A stretch of 64,000 nucleotides of DNA from NCBI GenBank assembly GCA_963709905.1, contig CAVPYI010000018.1:223300-287299 (forward strand), read 5' to 3'. How positions within the stretch are numbered: position 1 is the stretch's first letter; each line of letters starts with the position of its first letter. Shown piece after piece: positions 47,832 to 58,602 of this stretch. The notes beneath the pieces were generated by a model. The model ran no database searches and was not told where the DNA came from. It was given only the letters and a program-made list of their open reading frames with translations. The DNA comes from an uncultured Gemmatimonadales bacterium (GTDB lineage: Bacteria; Gemmatimonadota; Gemmatimonadetes; Gemmatimonadales; GWC2-71-9). The translations under genes were made by a program, and so were the position numbers.

Positions 47832-49389
47832 ATGATTGACCTGGCGCGGCCACCCTGGGCAGGCGCGTCCCGCACGATTGCGGTGGCCATCCTCGGAGTG
47901 GCCGCCGCTCTCCGGGCTCGCCCGGCTCACCGCCCAGAGTCTCTGGATCGACGAGGGCTACTCCCTCGAGTATGCCCGGATCGCCACGCCCCTTCAGGTC
48001 CTGGGCGATGCCTCTGACTGCCATGCAACCGAGTGCCTCAGTCCGCTGCACCCCATGCTCCTGCACGTCGCGATCGGCTGGTTCGGAGAGTCCACGGTGG
48101 TCCTCCGGGGCGTCTCGGCGGTCGCGGGGATCCTCGCGGTGATCGCCCTCATGCTCGCGGCCCGCTCCTTCTTCGACGACGCCACCGCGCTCATCGCTGG
48201 AGCCCTGCTTGCCGTCAGCGCCTTCGCCATCTGGTACAGCCAGGATGCCCGGCCCTACAGCCTAGTCCTTCTCCTCACGGCGCTCGCGCTCTGGGGGCTG
48301 TCGCTCTGCCGGACCCGAAGCGGCCCTGTGCCGCCCTGGAGGCATCGGCTCCTGCTCGCGCTCTCCATCGGTCTGGGTCTGCTCGGCAATATGCTCTTCG
48401 CGATCGGCGCGGGTGCGTTGGCGTTGGCTCACCTTGCCACCACATCCTCTCGGCGGCGCTGGTGGGCCACCTGGTGGCCGGCCGCCGTGGCGGCGCTGCC
48501 GGCGATCCTCCTTGTCGCGGCGACGCCGGTGCTCGCCGCCCCCGGCTCGGCTCATGTCACCCAGCTCCGTCAGGACGGCCTGCTCAACCTGGCCTACGCC
48601 GTGTACGGCCAGCTGGTCGGGATCACCTTCGGCCCGCCCCAGATCGCGCTCCGTGGCGGGAATGCCTGGGGCGTCCTGCTCGAGCACCGCCCCGCGCTCG
48701 CTGCCTTCGCGCTGCTCCTCGTAGCCCTCGCGGCGGCCCTGGTCCGGGCCCACCGCCAGCGGAGCGCTGCCGATCCGCGCTGGACAAGCCTCTGGCTGCT
48801 CGAGATCAGCGTCGCTGTCGGAGCGGGACTGGCGGCGCTGCTCGTCGCCGCGATCGGGTTCAGCATGGGGCCGAGGCATGCCTTCTTCCTCTTCCCGCCC
48901 GTCGTGCTCGCGGTCGCCTTCGCCCTCCGGGAGGTGGGCGCCAGCCGCTCCTGGCCGGTGCGCGCGCTGGCCGTGGTAGCCGTCTTGCTCTTCCTGGGTA
49001 CCAACCTCACCGGCGTGTACAACTATCTCGAGGATCCGCGGTACGCGAAGGACGACTACCGCGGCGCGACGGCGCACCTGCTGGAGGCGGAGCGGTCGGG
49101 CGAACCGACGGCGCTCCTCAACGGGAAGGCGGTCCTGCTTCGGTACTACGGCGATTCCAGCACCGTGGATCTCACCCAGGTCGCGGGCACCGAACTGATC
49201 GAGCGGTTGCAGGAACTGGCGGCGCGTCGCGGCGCACTGCGTATCGCGCTCAATCGTCAATTCGATTGGGGGGATGGGGCGGGGGTGCCGGCGGCGCTGG
49301 GAAGCGTCTTCGAGGTGGGGGACCACACGTCGCGGCAATACTTCGACTTCTATCTTCTCACGCTCCGGCGGCCGGGCTCGATCCCCTGA
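47832..49389 (+). pseudogene. ArnT/PMT-like (PMT_2, GT39/GT83-type) membrane glycosyltransferase with an N-terminal frameshift near 47910
   Basis: The first TM segment (MIDLARPPWAGASRTIAVAILGVAAAL) is in ORF 47790.. and the rest (LARLTAQSLWIDEGYSLEYA..., 10+ TM segments) is in ORF 47836..49389. The LWxDE motif normally follows TM1. Confidence 0.7.
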
Positions 49390-49430
49390 GCCCGGCCGCT
49401 GGCCGGCGTGAACCTGCTACGCGTGACTGC

Positions 49431-50450
49431 TCAGGTCCTGACCGCGCCTCGCGTGGCGGAAACGGGCCTGGCCTCCCCATGGCCGTTAGTGTGCCGCGCC
49501 TGGTTGCCGGGCCACCGTGGAAACGACGGGTACTGTACGGTCGTCCGCGTCGCCTTCTGCAGAGCGCTCACCAGCGCCACACCGTTCGCCAGCGGAACCT
49601 CCGGCACGAAACCGAGCAGTGCCATCTGGCGTTCCAGGTGTGGCTCCTTGACGAGTGTCATCTGCGGGGGCAGCGGCAGCAGGTGGATCAGCGAGGGCTC
49701 CGCATCGAGCGCCGCCCGCATCATCTCCGCCAATTCAGTCGTCAGCACGAGGTCGGGATGGCCGACGTTGATGACCGCCGGTTCGTGCAGCCGGCCCGCC
49801 GCTTCGATCGCCCGCACCGCATCCGAGATATGCAGCCACCCCCGCGCGCTCCCCTGGTGTACTTCGATGGGAATCCCCCGCGCCAGGTTCCAGGCGAATC
49901 GGATCATCGCGGAGCGGTGATCCCCCGGCTCCTCGTTCTCGTCGTAGATGGTGAAGGGGCGAAGGATGACCGCCTGCAGGCCGTTGTGGCGGACGTCGTA
50001 CTCCACCAACTGCTCCCCGAGCCACTTCGAGAGCGCGTAGCGGTTGCCGGGATGCGGGATGCTCGTGACCTCATCCATGAGGCCATCCTGCGAGCCGTAG
50101 ATCTCCGAGCTGGAGAAGAAGACGCACCGGCTACCCGACCGCCGGCAGAGCGCGAGCACATTGTGCACTCCCGCCAGGTTGGTGGTGACCGTCAGCGCAC
50201 TCGCCTGCTCGGCTACGCCCCGCCCCACGACCCCGCCGAGCAGGAACACCACGTCCGGCCCCCAGTCGAACGCCGGCAGCAGGTCGATTGGATTGTTGAT
50301 GTCGGCGACCAGGTAGTCGTCGCGAAGCCCCGGCCGGATATCGGCCTCGAGCACGTCGTAGCCAGCAGCCTTCAGGTGGCGGACCAGCGGCCGGCCGATA
50401 TTGCCGCGCGAACCGATCACCAGTGCCTTGGTCGGTAATATCCGTCTCAT
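49431..50450 (-). CDS. NAD-dependent epimerase/dehydratase
   Basis: ALVIGSRGNIGRPL Rossmann motif, SSSEIYG and YALSK (YxxxK). Start overlaps the upstream stop (ATGA). Confidence 0.85.
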   Translation of the reverse strand: MRRILPTKALVIGSRGNIGRPLVRHLKAAGYDVLEADIRPGLRDDYLVADINNPIDLLPAFDWGPDVVFLLGGVVGRGVAEQASALTVTTNLAGVHNVLALCRRSGSRCVFFSSSEIYGSQDGLMDEVTSIPHPGNRYALSKWLGEQLVEYDVRHNGLQAVILRPFTIYDENEEPGDHRSAMIRFAWNLARGIPIEVHQGSARGWLHISDAVRAIEAAGRLHEPAVINVGHPDLVLTTELAEMMRAALDAEPSLIHLLPLPPQMTLVKEPHLERQMALLGFVPEVPLANGVALVSALQKATRTTVQYPSFPRWPGNQARHTNGHGEARPVSATRGAVRT

Positions 50451-51478
50451 CTGCGTACTCCTCGAATCGGAATGGCGTTCCACCGCCGTGGGGCGGCGGG
50501 GACACCTGGTGTGGCGTCGAAATCCTGCCGGGCCGCCGCCGCAGCGGCGTTGAGCCGATCGGCCTGGGCCCCCATCGTGTCCAGAAGAAAGGCATCCTTG
50601 AGCATGGCCAGGGTCGTCTCCAGCAGCGAGAGCTTCCGGGCCACCGGCGTCTGCATGCCGGGGAAGAAGCGGAGCTCCGGCACCTCATCGGCCCCGAGCC
50701 AGTCCAGCGGGTGAAAGAGCAGGCTCGGCTCGACCCCGCCCCGCCGGCAGAGCCGCAGGCTCAGGCCGAGGTACTTTCGGGCGAGCCGCATGGAGAACGA
50801 GGCGAGATACACCAGGTAGCTCTGATGGAACGGCAATCGGAGTCCCGGCATCGTCGTCACCGGGATCTCGAGCAGCCGCCCGCCCCCGGGGAGGTCCCAG
50901 TGCCAGGGACGGTCGGGCCAGAGGCCGTCGCGCCATGAGCCGAACAGGTCGCCCCGCAGAAGTCGGTCCGCCTTGCCGAGGTGTGCGCCGCGAAGCAACC
51001 GCCACCGCGCCAGCGGCCCGATGAACGTCGGCAGCAGCGAAGCATCGAAGCGATAGCCCATGTTGGCGACCGTCTCCAGGAGGGCGGGGCTCCAGGTGAA
51101 TCCCGGTCCCCGGAAGCCCACCGGCGTGCCTCCCGTTGCCTCCCGGATGGCGCGGTCCGCCCGGCGCAACTCCTCCCCGAGCGCGGCCGGTTCGCCACGA
51201 TGCAGCCAGCAGGCGTGGCCGAAGGAGTGATTGCCCACCTCATGCCCCGCCCGGACGATCGGGCTGAGCAGCTCCTTCGCCCCGGCCTGCGCGGCGTCGA
51301 GCCCGACGATGAACACCGTCGCCCGGCACCCCGCCCGCTCGAAGGCCTCGAGCATTCTCGGCACGGCGATCGGGAGATACGACCGGAGCTTGAGCCATGC
51401 GGCGTCGCCGTGGGTCCGCTGGTAGGCCCAGAGGTTGTCGAGATCGACGGAGACGGTGGCCAGGGGCATGGTGATCAT
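50447..51478 (-). CDS. Polysaccharide deacetylase (CE4) family protein
   Basis: ATVFIVG and GHEVGNHSFGH motifs. 1-nt overlap with the upstream stop (TGATG). Confidence 0.85.
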   Translation of the reverse strand: MITMPLATVSVDLDNLWAYQRTHGDAAWLKLRSYLPIAVPRMLEAFERAGCRATVFIVGLDAAQAGAKELLSPIVRAGHEVGNHSFGHACWLHRGEPAALGEELRRADRAIREATGGTPVGFRGPGFTWSPALLETVANMGYRFDASLLPTFIGPLARWRLLRGAHLGKADRLLRGDLFGSWRDGLWPDRPWHWDLPGGGRLLEIPVTTMPGLRLPFHQSYLVYLASFSMRLARKYLGLSLRLCRRGGVEPSLLFHPLDWLGADEVPELRFFPGMQTPVARKLSLLETTLAMLKDAFLLDTMGAQADRLNAAAAAARQDFDATPGVPAAPRRWNAIPIRGVRR

Positions 51479-52827
51479 CAGGCCGCTCCCGCCAGCGCCA
51501 CGGGGGACTGGAGCGCGTTCAGCAGCTCGTCCGCCTTGGCGTGCGCGAGGCCCACCGTCTCGTTGACGTTGAGCGTCCCGTTCACGATCTGGGCGGAGTT
51601 GGTCACGTAGAGGTTGGGCACCGACGTCCGAAGCGGCGGGGCGAGGGTAGTGGAGTACCCCACCGTCGAGACCGCGAGCATCTCCCGTACCCGCGAGATG
51701 CGGCTTGCGACCACATCTCCGACGTGGAAGGTCGGATGCATCCGGGCGAGCCCCGCCGTGAAGTCGGCGAGAATCTCGGCGTCATTCCGCCCCCACCAGG
51801 GATCGTCCTGCGCGAGGTAGCGCGGCAGGTACACGAGATGGTGCCCGCCGAAGTTCGCCGGGTCCACGAGGGAGGTCGTCTCGACCACGGCGGTGAAGGG
51901 TGCCGAGGTGTCGGTGATGTTCGTGACGTAGTAGCCGGCGAGCGGGTGCTTGAGGAGGAGCGCCGCGCAGATGATCCCCTGGTAGGTGACCGCGTTGAGA
52001 CGGGCACGCTCCCGGGGATGCAGCTGCGGCGCGAGCCGCGCCACCTGCCCGCACGGCGTGGTGAGTACCACGGCGTCGAACCGGAGCGACTCCCCGCCGT
52101 CGAGCCGGGTGGTGGCGCCATCAGGATCCCCTGTCACCTCCGATACTCGCGCGCCGAAGCGGCTCTCGACGCCCAGATCCTGAAGAGCGCGTTCCAGCCG
52201 GGCGAGAATCGTCGCATAGCCCCCCTCCACGTAGCCGAACGCCTCCCGCTTCATCGCCGATTGCCGGGCCCCGTAGAGCCGCGCGATGATCGCCCAGATG
52301 AACGCCGCACTCGCCTTTTCGGCGTTGACGCCAAGCTTCGCGCGGAGAAGCGGCATCCAGATCCGCTCGAGGGTCCGCTCCCCTGACCAGCGCCGGAGCC
52401 ACTCGGTGGCGAGGATTCCTTCAAGCGGCTTCCAGTCACGAATCTCCGCCGCGCGAAGGATCGTCGCCGCGAGCCGCACCTTGTCGAGCAGGGAGATGGC
52501 CGGAAAGCGGGCGAAGTCGAGCGAAGTGGAGAGCGGATGGAGTTTCCCGTCCGTGTAGAAGCCGGTCCGCGTCGCCCCCCAACGCAGCTGGCGGCTCAGT
52601 CCCAGGTCGCCGAGAAGGTCGAGCAGGTGGGTGTCGCTCCGGAGAATCACGTGGTAGAACCGGTCCCAGGTGAACGCGCCGATGGACGAGGGCGCCGCGA
52701 GGCCCCCGGACCGCTCGGCCCCTTCGAGAATCGTGACCCGGGCGCCCCCAGCGGCCAAGCGCCGGGCCAGCGTCATCCCGAGGATGCCGCCACCCACGAT
52801 CCCGATATGCCCGGCCGCGCCGCTCAC
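51478..52827 (-). CDS. NAD(P)/FAD-dependent oxidoreductase (protoporphyrinogen/phytoene-desaturase-like)
   Basis: GTG start overlaps the upstream stop (GTGA). Rossmann motif IGIVGGGILGMTLARRL...LEGAERSGGLA. Confidence 0.8.
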   Translation of the reverse strand: MSGAAGHIGIVGGGILGMTLARRLAAGGARVTILEGAERSGGLAAPSSIGAFTWDRFYHVILRSDTHLLDLLGDLGLSRQLRWGATRTGFYTDGKLHPLSTSLDFARFPAISLLDKVRLAATILRAAEIRDWKPLEGILATEWLRRWSGERTLERIWMPLLRAKLGVNAEKASAAFIWAIIARLYGARQSAMKREAFGYVEGGYATILARLERALQDLGVESRFGARVSEVTGDPDGATTRLDGGESLRFDAVVLTTPCGQVARLAPQLHPRERARLNAVTYQGIICAALLLKHPLAGYYVTNITDTSAPFTAVVETTSLVDPANFGGHHLVYLPRYLAQDDPWWGRNDAEILADFTAGLARMHPTFHVGDVVASRISRVREMLAVSTVGYSTTLAPPLRTSVPNLYVTNSAQIVNGTLNVNETVGLAHAKADELLNALQSPVALAGAA

Positions 52828-54587
52828 GTGGCCACCCTGCCCGCAGGGGTGGTCAGGACGCTCCTCGCAGAACGGTGGCGGAACCGGCCTCGTGCGAGGC
52901 GCGTCATCAGCAGCAGGTGGCCGATGGCGGTCCGGACCACCCTGAGCTTCGAATGGCCCAGGAGCCGGGACTTGAGCGTCGTCGGGAACTCGACGATGCG
53001 CGCCCCGCCCTGCTCGAGCTGGGCCAGCATCTCCGCGAGGCCGACAAATCCTCCGCGCCGTACCTCGACCTTGGCAACCACACTGCGTCGGTATACCCGG
53101 AAACAGCTCGTGTATGTGTGGAGCTGGTGCCGGAATACCAGCCGGTAGAGCCGGGAGGCGATCTTCGACAGCACCAGCCGCCATCGCGGGACGTTCAGTA
53201 CGCCGCCGTCCGGGTGATACGGGGAGGCCGTGACCACGTCCACCCCTTCCGTCAGGAGGGGGAGCATGTCCGCGAGTTCGTGCGGGTCGTAGCTGCAGTC
53301 GGCGTCGATCGAGCAGACGATTGGCGTCTCGGCATGCCGGATGCCCCGGAGAATCGCCGCCGCCGCGCCGCGGTTCACGGGCTGGCGGAAGCACCGGACC
53401 GTCAGGTCCTTGCCGAACAGCTCCTGCAGCACATCCCATGTGCGGTCGGTGCTCGCGTCGTCCACCAGGATCACGCTGATGTCGTACCGCCCCACCAGCG
53501 CCGAGCGCACGCTCTGCAGGGTGTTGGCGAGATACGGCAGCGCCGCCGCTTCGTTGTAGCAGGGAACCACGATCGTCACCGCCTCACGGAACGCATGGAG
53601 CTGCCGGGAGGGAGGGGCGGCGTCCCGGACCAGCGTCGCGGCCCGCCGGGGCGCCACCGGAAGGCCCAGATGGTCCGCGATGCCGGTGAACCGGTAAGTC
53701 GAGAGGTAATGGCCGAGGATCATCGGCATCCGCCCGAGGTTCCGGTATTGCCGGATCCGCTTGTGGAGCGCGGCGCCGTGGAACTTCGGCTGGGCCGGAT
53801 CCAGCTCCCAGGTGTGGAAGTACATCACGAACGGCGCCGGACACTCCCGGTCCCAGCGCGAGACGGCGCGCTGCACCAGCCAGTGGGGCCACTGCCGGAA
53901 GTAGTTCCCCCCCGAGATCGGGACATCGAGGCCCGCAACCCGGGTGCTCGAGAAGGGGATCTCCCACAGCGCCCGGTCGCCCAGCATCTGGCGGTGGATG
54001 AACCGCCGGTGCGGTTCGCCCGGCCACTCCCGGAGCATCGGCTTGAGGCTCGAGTCGTAGGCGAAGCCGAGTTCAGCGAGCACCCGGAGCGCCCAGAGGT
54101 CGTCCGGCGCAAGACAACCCTCAGCGACCCGGTAGCCGATCACCCCGCGGCCTGAGGCGCGCTCCACTGCCTCCCGCGCCCGGATGGTGTCCTCGCGGAA
54201 CTCCGCCGGTTCGAATTCCCGGAGCGCGCGGTGGTAGTACCCTCGCGTGGCGACCTCGTGGCCACGGGCGACGATCTTCCGGATCAGCTCGGGCGCCGCG
54301 TCGGCCACCCAGCCCAGGGCAAAGAACGTCGCCTTGGTACCGAATTGATCGAGCAGGTCGAGCGCTCGGAGGGTCCCGATCTCGAGCCGGCTTTCGAACC
54401 GGTACCAGTTGCCGTGGCTGATCAGGTTCCGGAACGGCCCGGTGTGGTAGTAGTCCTCGACCGCAATGGTAAGGATGTGTCGCTTGGCGTGATCGAGCTG
54501 GGGCTGGCGTCCCTCGTCCCCGTGCGGATACGCGGGGGTGATGCTCGGCGCAGGTACTCGTACGGAAGCGTTCAACCAGGCCACCAC
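52824..54587 (-). CDS. Fusion protein: DUF3473/CE4-type polysaccharide deacetylase (N-terminal) + GT2 polyprenyl-phosphate glycosyltransferase (ArnC/Dpm1-like, C-terminal)
   Basis: N-terminal half: HILTIAVEDYYH...TKATFFALGWVA...HEVATRGYYH...FHTWELD. C-terminal half: TIVVPCYNEA, ILVDDASTDRT, SIDADCSYDP, RLLGHSKL. Confidence 0.85.
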   Translation of the reverse strand: MVAWLNASVRVPAPSITPAYPHGDEGRQPQLDHAKRHILTIAVEDYYHTGPFRNLISHGNWYRFESRLEIGTLRALDLLDQFGTKATFFALGWVADAAPELIRKIVARGHEVATRGYYHRALREFEPAEFREDTIRAREAVERASGRGVIGYRVAEGCLAPDDLWALRVLAELGFAYDSSLKPMLREWPGEPHRRFIHRQMLGDRALWEIPFSSTRVAGLDVPISGGNYFRQWPHWLVQRAVSRWDRECPAPFVMYFHTWELDPAQPKFHGAALHKRIRQYRNLGRMPMILGHYLSTYRFTGIADHLGLPVAPRRAATLVRDAAPPSRQLHAFREAVTIVVPCYNEAAALPYLANTLQSVRSALVGRYDISVILVDDASTDRTWDVLQELFGKDLTVRCFRQPVNRGAAAAILRGIRHAETPIVCSIDADCSYDPHELADMLPLLTEGVDVVTASPYHPDGGVLNVPRWRLVLSKIASRLYRLVFRHQLHTYTSCFRVYRRSVVAKVEVRRGGFVGLAEMLAQLEQGGARIVEFPTTLKSRLLGHSKLRVVRTAIGHLLLMTRLARGRFRHRSARSVLTTPAGRVAT

Positions 54588-54930
54588 GAGAAGAGAAGAT
54601 CCCGCCCGGCGGGCAAGGGATCAGGCATCACTCAACATGGAGGGAAAGGTGGGATAAGTGCAGTTGTCCCAAGGGTCTAGACAGGAAGATCAGTAGCCCC
54701 GAACCGGCCCACTCCCAACTGTCGCTTCACCGCGACACGGCCGGTGCCTGGATGACATCTCGTCTGTGAGGAAGGGGCATTTCCCGGGGGGCAGAGCGCG
54801 GATGTATCGTCCCGTTATGGCGCGTTGGCATTCCCGACCCGGTGGGTGACCGGATCGGGATGCCAGGGGAGAGAACTACGCGTGGGCCGGAGCGCCCAGC
54901 GAGGGCCGGGAAGGGCGTGCTTCGGGGTAT

Positions 54931-55137
54931 TCAGGGAATCCACTCGAGCAGCTTCCCCGGCTGCAGGTGGAAGAACACGCAGAGGGCATCGAGGGTCTCG
55001 GTGTGCAGCCTGCCGAACTGGCCCCCGGTGCGCGAGAGACGGTACGCGGTGGGATAGCTGAGGTTGGTGCCCTTGCTGAGCGCGTAGGCGGAGATCCCAT
55101 GTTTCTTCATCAACTGGTGAATCCGGAGCCTGACCAT
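54931..55137 (-). CDS. XRE/Cro-type helix-turn-helix regulator (68 aa)
   Basis: From the internal Met: MVRLRIHQLMKKHGISAYALSKGTNLSYPTAYRLSR... is a classic HTH_3-like layout. Confidence 0.7.
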   Translation of the reverse strand: MVRLRIHQLMKKHGISAYALSKGTNLSYPTAYRLSRTGGQFGRLHTETLDALCVFFHLQPGKLLEWIP

Positions 55138-55184
55138 GACACATCTTCGGGTAATACCGCGTTGCTCTAGGATCGAGCATTGGC

Positions 55185-55207
55185 GATATACAGCGCTGCA
55201 GTATATC
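55185..55207. promoter_or_regulatory. 23-nt near-palindrome (candidate operator) upstream of the XRE gene, in the XRE/kaiC divergent gap
   Basis: gatatacagcgctgcagtatatc (9 of 11 arm positions complementary). A second perfect IR, tcgtcgc-aata-gcgacga, lies at 55214-55231. Confidence 0.3.
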
Positions 55208-55497
55208 CTTCCATCGTCGCAATAGCGACGATGACTTACGATGGCGCGCGGCATTCCACTCGCCCCGAGTCATCACAGGCGCTTCACCAGTGCTTCAAGA
55301 CCGGTCGTTCGCACGAACGCGAACCGCGTCGCTTCCCCCGAGAAGGATGCCCGCATGGGCGACGCCCCGCGTTACCGCTTCCTGCTTCCGGCCTCCTTTC
55401 CAGATGCCGGCCACCGAAGTGCGCGATCCTGCCGCCCTCTGCGGGTGAGACTCCCACGACCCCGCTGTAGCTCCGCAGGTCAGCTCCCTCTTGAGGA

Positions 55498-57072
55498 ATG
55501 CCCGTGACTGCCATCGCCCGTGAGCGCAGGCCCTCGCCCTCCCGACGTGCCGCTCGCGCTACGCCGAGTGCCGGGCGTACGCTGGCCAAGGCCCCGACCG
55601 GGATTCCCGGCCTGGACGAGATCACGAACGGCGGACTTCCGCGCGGTCGCCCCACCCTGGTGTGCGGCGGGGCCGGTTGCGGCAAGACACTGCTCGGCCT
55701 GGAATTCCTCGTGCGGGGGGCGCTCGATCACGGCGAGCCCGGTGTCTTCGTGTCCTTCGAGGAATCCGCCGAAGACCTCGTCGACAACGCCCGGTCGCTG
55801 GGGTTCGATCTGCCTCGGTTGCGCGCCCGACGCCGGCTGCAGATTGACTACGTCCCGATCGACCGAGCAGAGATCTCGGAGGCCGGCGCTTACGATCTCG
55901 AAGGGCTGTTCATCCGGCTGGGCCACGCGATCGATTCGATCGGCGCCAAGCGGGTGGTCCTCGATACGATTGAACTGCTCTTTGCAGGGCTGTCAGATCG
56001 CTTCGTGGTGCGGGCGGAGCTGATCCGGCTGTTCCGGTGGCTGAAGGCCCGGAAGGTCACCGCCATCGTGACCGGAGAGCGGGATGCGCAGCATCTCACG
56101 CGCCACGGTCTCGAAGAGTTCGTGTCCGATTGTGTGATCCTGCTCGATCAGCGGATCGTCGAACAGAGTGCCACCCGCCGCCTGCGCGTCATCAAGTACC
56201 GTGGCTCGTCGCACGGCGGCGATGAAATCCCGTTCCTTATCGATGATCGCGGGTTCTGCGTGATGCCGATCACCTCGCTCGGCCTCACCCACCACGCGTC
56301 CACCGGGCACCTCTCGACCGGCGTGACCGGGCTGGACGCGATGCTCGGCCGGAAGGGGGTCTACCGCGGCAACAGCATTCTCGTGTCCGGAACCGCCGGG
56401 ACCGGCAAGTCCAGCCTCGCTTCAAGTTTCGTGGAGGCCGCCTGCCGCCGGGGCGAGCGCGGTCTGTACCTCGCCTTCGAGGAATCGCCGGCACAGATCG
56501 CCCGCAACATGCGGTCGATCGGCCTGGACCTCGAGCGCTGGATGGCGCGGGACCTGTTGCACATTCATGCCACCCGGCCGACGGCGACGGGCCTGGAGCA
56601 GCACCTCGTCGCGATGCAGCGGCTGATCGAGGACGTTCGGCCTCAGGTCGTGGTGATGGATCCCGTCACCAACCTGATTGCGGTCGGCAGTGAGCCCGAA
56701 GTGAAATCCATGCTCGCGCGGCTCATCGACTTCATGAAGCTCCGAGAGATCACGGCCCTCTTCACCTCGCTGACCGAGGGAGGCCGCGCCGCCGAGCGGA
56801 CCGATCTCGGCGTCTCCTCCTTGATGGACGTGTGGATGCTCCTCAGTAACCTCGAGGCGAACGGGGAGCGGAACCGGGCGATCCAGATTGTCAAGGCGCG
56901 CGGCATGGCGCACTCCAACCAGGTCCGGGAGTTCATCATCACCGACCACGGCTTCCTGTTGCTGGAGGTGAGCCGCCGCGCGGATGGGCTGGTCGCGGTC
57001 GGCGCGACGCGCGATGCGCGGCAAGCCGCCCACCCCGGTGCGCCGAAGCGGCGCCGAGGGAGGAGCGCATGA
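55498..57072 (+). CDS. kaiC: KaiC (double RecA-like ATPase)
   Basis: Two halves with Walker A ([16 protein letters not shown]) and catalytic EE pairs (SFEES, AFEES). The segment [12 protein letters not shown]...[24 protein letters not shown] aligns by eye with the cyanobacterial ISTITDTIILL...KMRGSWHDKAIREF. Confidence 0.9.
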   Translation: MPVTAIARERRPSPSRRAARATPSAGRTLAKAPTGIPGLDEITNGGLPRGRPTLVCGGAGCGKTLLGLEFLVRGALDHGEPGVFVSFEESAEDLVDNARSLGFDLPRLRARRRLQIDYVPIDRAEISEAGAYDLEGLFIRLGHAIDSIGAKRVVLDTIELLFAGLSDRFVVRAELIRLFRWLKARKVTAIVTGERDAQHLTRHGLEEFVSDCVILLDQRIVEQSATRRLRVIKYRGSSHGGDEIPFLIDDRGFCVMPITSLGLTHHASTGHLSTGVTGLDAMLGRKGVYRGNSILVSGTAGTGKSSLASSFVEAACRRGERGLYLAFEESPAQIARNMRSIGLDLERWMARDLLHIHATRPTATGLEQHLVAMQRLIEDVRPQVVVMDPVTNLIAVGSEPEVKSMLARLIDFMKLREITALFTSLTEGGRAAERTDLGVSSLMDVWMLLSNLEANGERNRAIQIVKARGMAHSNQVREFIITDHGFLLLEVSRRADGLVAVGATRDARQAAHPGAPKRRRGRSA

Positions 57073-57413
57073 GCCGCACCAACGGTCAGACGTGGCGGCT
57101 GCGGCTCTACCTCGCGGGGCAGACCCCCAAGTCCGTCGTCGCGCTCGCCAATCTGCGGCGCCTCTGTGAGGGCCATCTCACCGGCCGCTATCGGATCGAA
57201 GTGGTCGACCTGATGCGCCGGCCGCACCTGGCGCGTCGTGACAACATCGTGGTGATCCCCACCCTGGTGAGAAAACTGCCGCCCCCGCTCCGGAAGATCA
57301 TCGGCGACCTCTCGAACGACGAGCGAGTGCTGATCGGCCTGGACGCCCCTACTGACGCGAATGGCGCCCGGGCGCGGCGGACACCGGCGCCGCCTCGTCG
57401 GCATGTCTCATGA
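57069..57413 (+). CDS. kaiB: KaiB
   Basis: [12 protein letters not shown]...[30 protein letters not shown] is the KaiB signature. ATGA overlap with the kaiC stop. Confidence 0.9.
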   Translation: MSRTNGQTWRLRLYLAGQTPKSVVALANLRRLCEGHLTGRYRIEVVDLMRRPHLARRDNIVVIPTLVRKLPPPLRKIIGDLSNDERVLIGLDAPTDANGARARRTPAPPRRHVS

Positions 57414-58597
57414 CGAAGAAGGCCAAGCGGGTTCGCCCCCGGCCGGACGGGCTGCAGGCCATCCGGACGCGCCTCCGCGAGGCCGAGGAGGCTCTGGAGG
57501 CCCTCCGGGCGGGAGAGGTGGACGCGATGGTGATGGTTCGGGGCGGAGAGCATGTCATCACCCTGGGCGGTGGGGAGCTCGCCTACCGGATCCTGTTCGA
57601 ACAGATGAATGAGGGCGCGGTGACCCTGACCCGGGACGGGGTGATCGCCTACTCCAACCAGCGCTTCGCCGACCTCGTGCGGACCCCCCTCGAGGAAGTG
57701 ATCGGTGCACCGTTCTGCCGCTTCGTCCGGGGCCAGGACCAGGGTAGGTGCGAGATGTTGTGTCATCGGGGGACACTGGAGAATACCCGGGACGAACTGA
57801 CCTTCGGTGTCGGTGACGACGTGCCGGTGCCAGTCGCGCTCTCCTTCGCGCCCCTCCATGTGGAAGGCGGTACCGACATCATCGGAGTCGTCGGGGTGGT
57901 CACGGATATCACCATACGGAAGGAATACGCCGATCGCCGCGCCCAGCTGATGCAGCAGGTGATCACCGCCCAGGACGATGAGCGGCGGCGGATCTCCCGG
58001 GAACTCCACGATGAAACCGCACAGGCGTTGACGGCGCTCCTCGTGGGGCTCCGGACGATCGAGGAGTCCAGGACGATAACCGCGACAGGCGCGCTGGCCC
58101 GCCAGCTCCGCGAGACGGTGGCCGCCACCCTGAATGACGTGGGCCGCCTGGCACGGGGACTCCACCCCGGTACCCTCGACGATCTCGGGCTCACCGCCGC
58201 GGTGACCCTTCAGGTGAAGGAGTTCTTCGAGCGGCACGGGATCGCCGTGGGCCTATCTATCGAAGGGTTCGAGGCCGGGCCCCCCTTGGCTCCCCTCCTC
58301 GAGATCTCTGTCTACCGGGTCCTGCAGGAGGCGCTGACCAATGTGGCCAGGCATGCCCATGCCCGCCGGGTGGAGGTCGGGCTGGTGCGCAACGAGGTCG
58401 CCGTGGAACTGCGGGTGCGGGACGATGGCATCGGATTTGGCGGGGCGAGCAACCCCATCGCCGCCGATGAGCGGCGGGGACTCGGACTGCAGGGGATCCG
58501 GGAACGGACGGCGCTGCTGGGTGGAGCGGTCGAGATGCAGGCGGGGACGGGCACCGGGACCACAATTCGGGCCCGCTTTCCGCTGCCCAGCGAGTAG
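57410..58597 (+). CDS. Cytoplasmic PAS-domain histidine kinase of the HisKA_3 (NarX/DesK) type
   Basis: PAS-like region ([26 protein letters not shown]...). H-box [11 protein letters not shown]. HATPase boxes [16 protein letters not shown] and [10 protein letters not shown]. No TM segment. ATGA overlap with kaiB. Confidence 0.85.
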   Translation: MTKKAKRVRPRPDGLQAIRTRLREAEEALEALRAGEVDAMVMVRGGEHVITLGGGELAYRILFEQMNEGAVTLTRDGVIAYSNQRFADLVRTPLEEVIGAPFCRFVRGQDQGRCEMLCHRGTLENTRDELTFGVGDDVPVPVALSFAPLHVEGGTDIIGVVGVVTDITIRKEYADRRAQLMQQVITAQDDERRRISRELHDETAQALTALLVGLRTIEESRTITATGALARQLRETVAATLNDVGRLARGLHPGTLDDLGLTAAVTLQVKEFFERHGIAVGLSIEGFEAGPPLAPLLEISVYRVLQEALTNVARHAHARRVEVGLVRNEVAVELRVRDDGIGFGGASNPIAADERRGLGLQGIRERTALLGGAVEMQAGTGTGTTIRARFPLPSE

Positions 58598-58602
58598 GCC
58601 GG

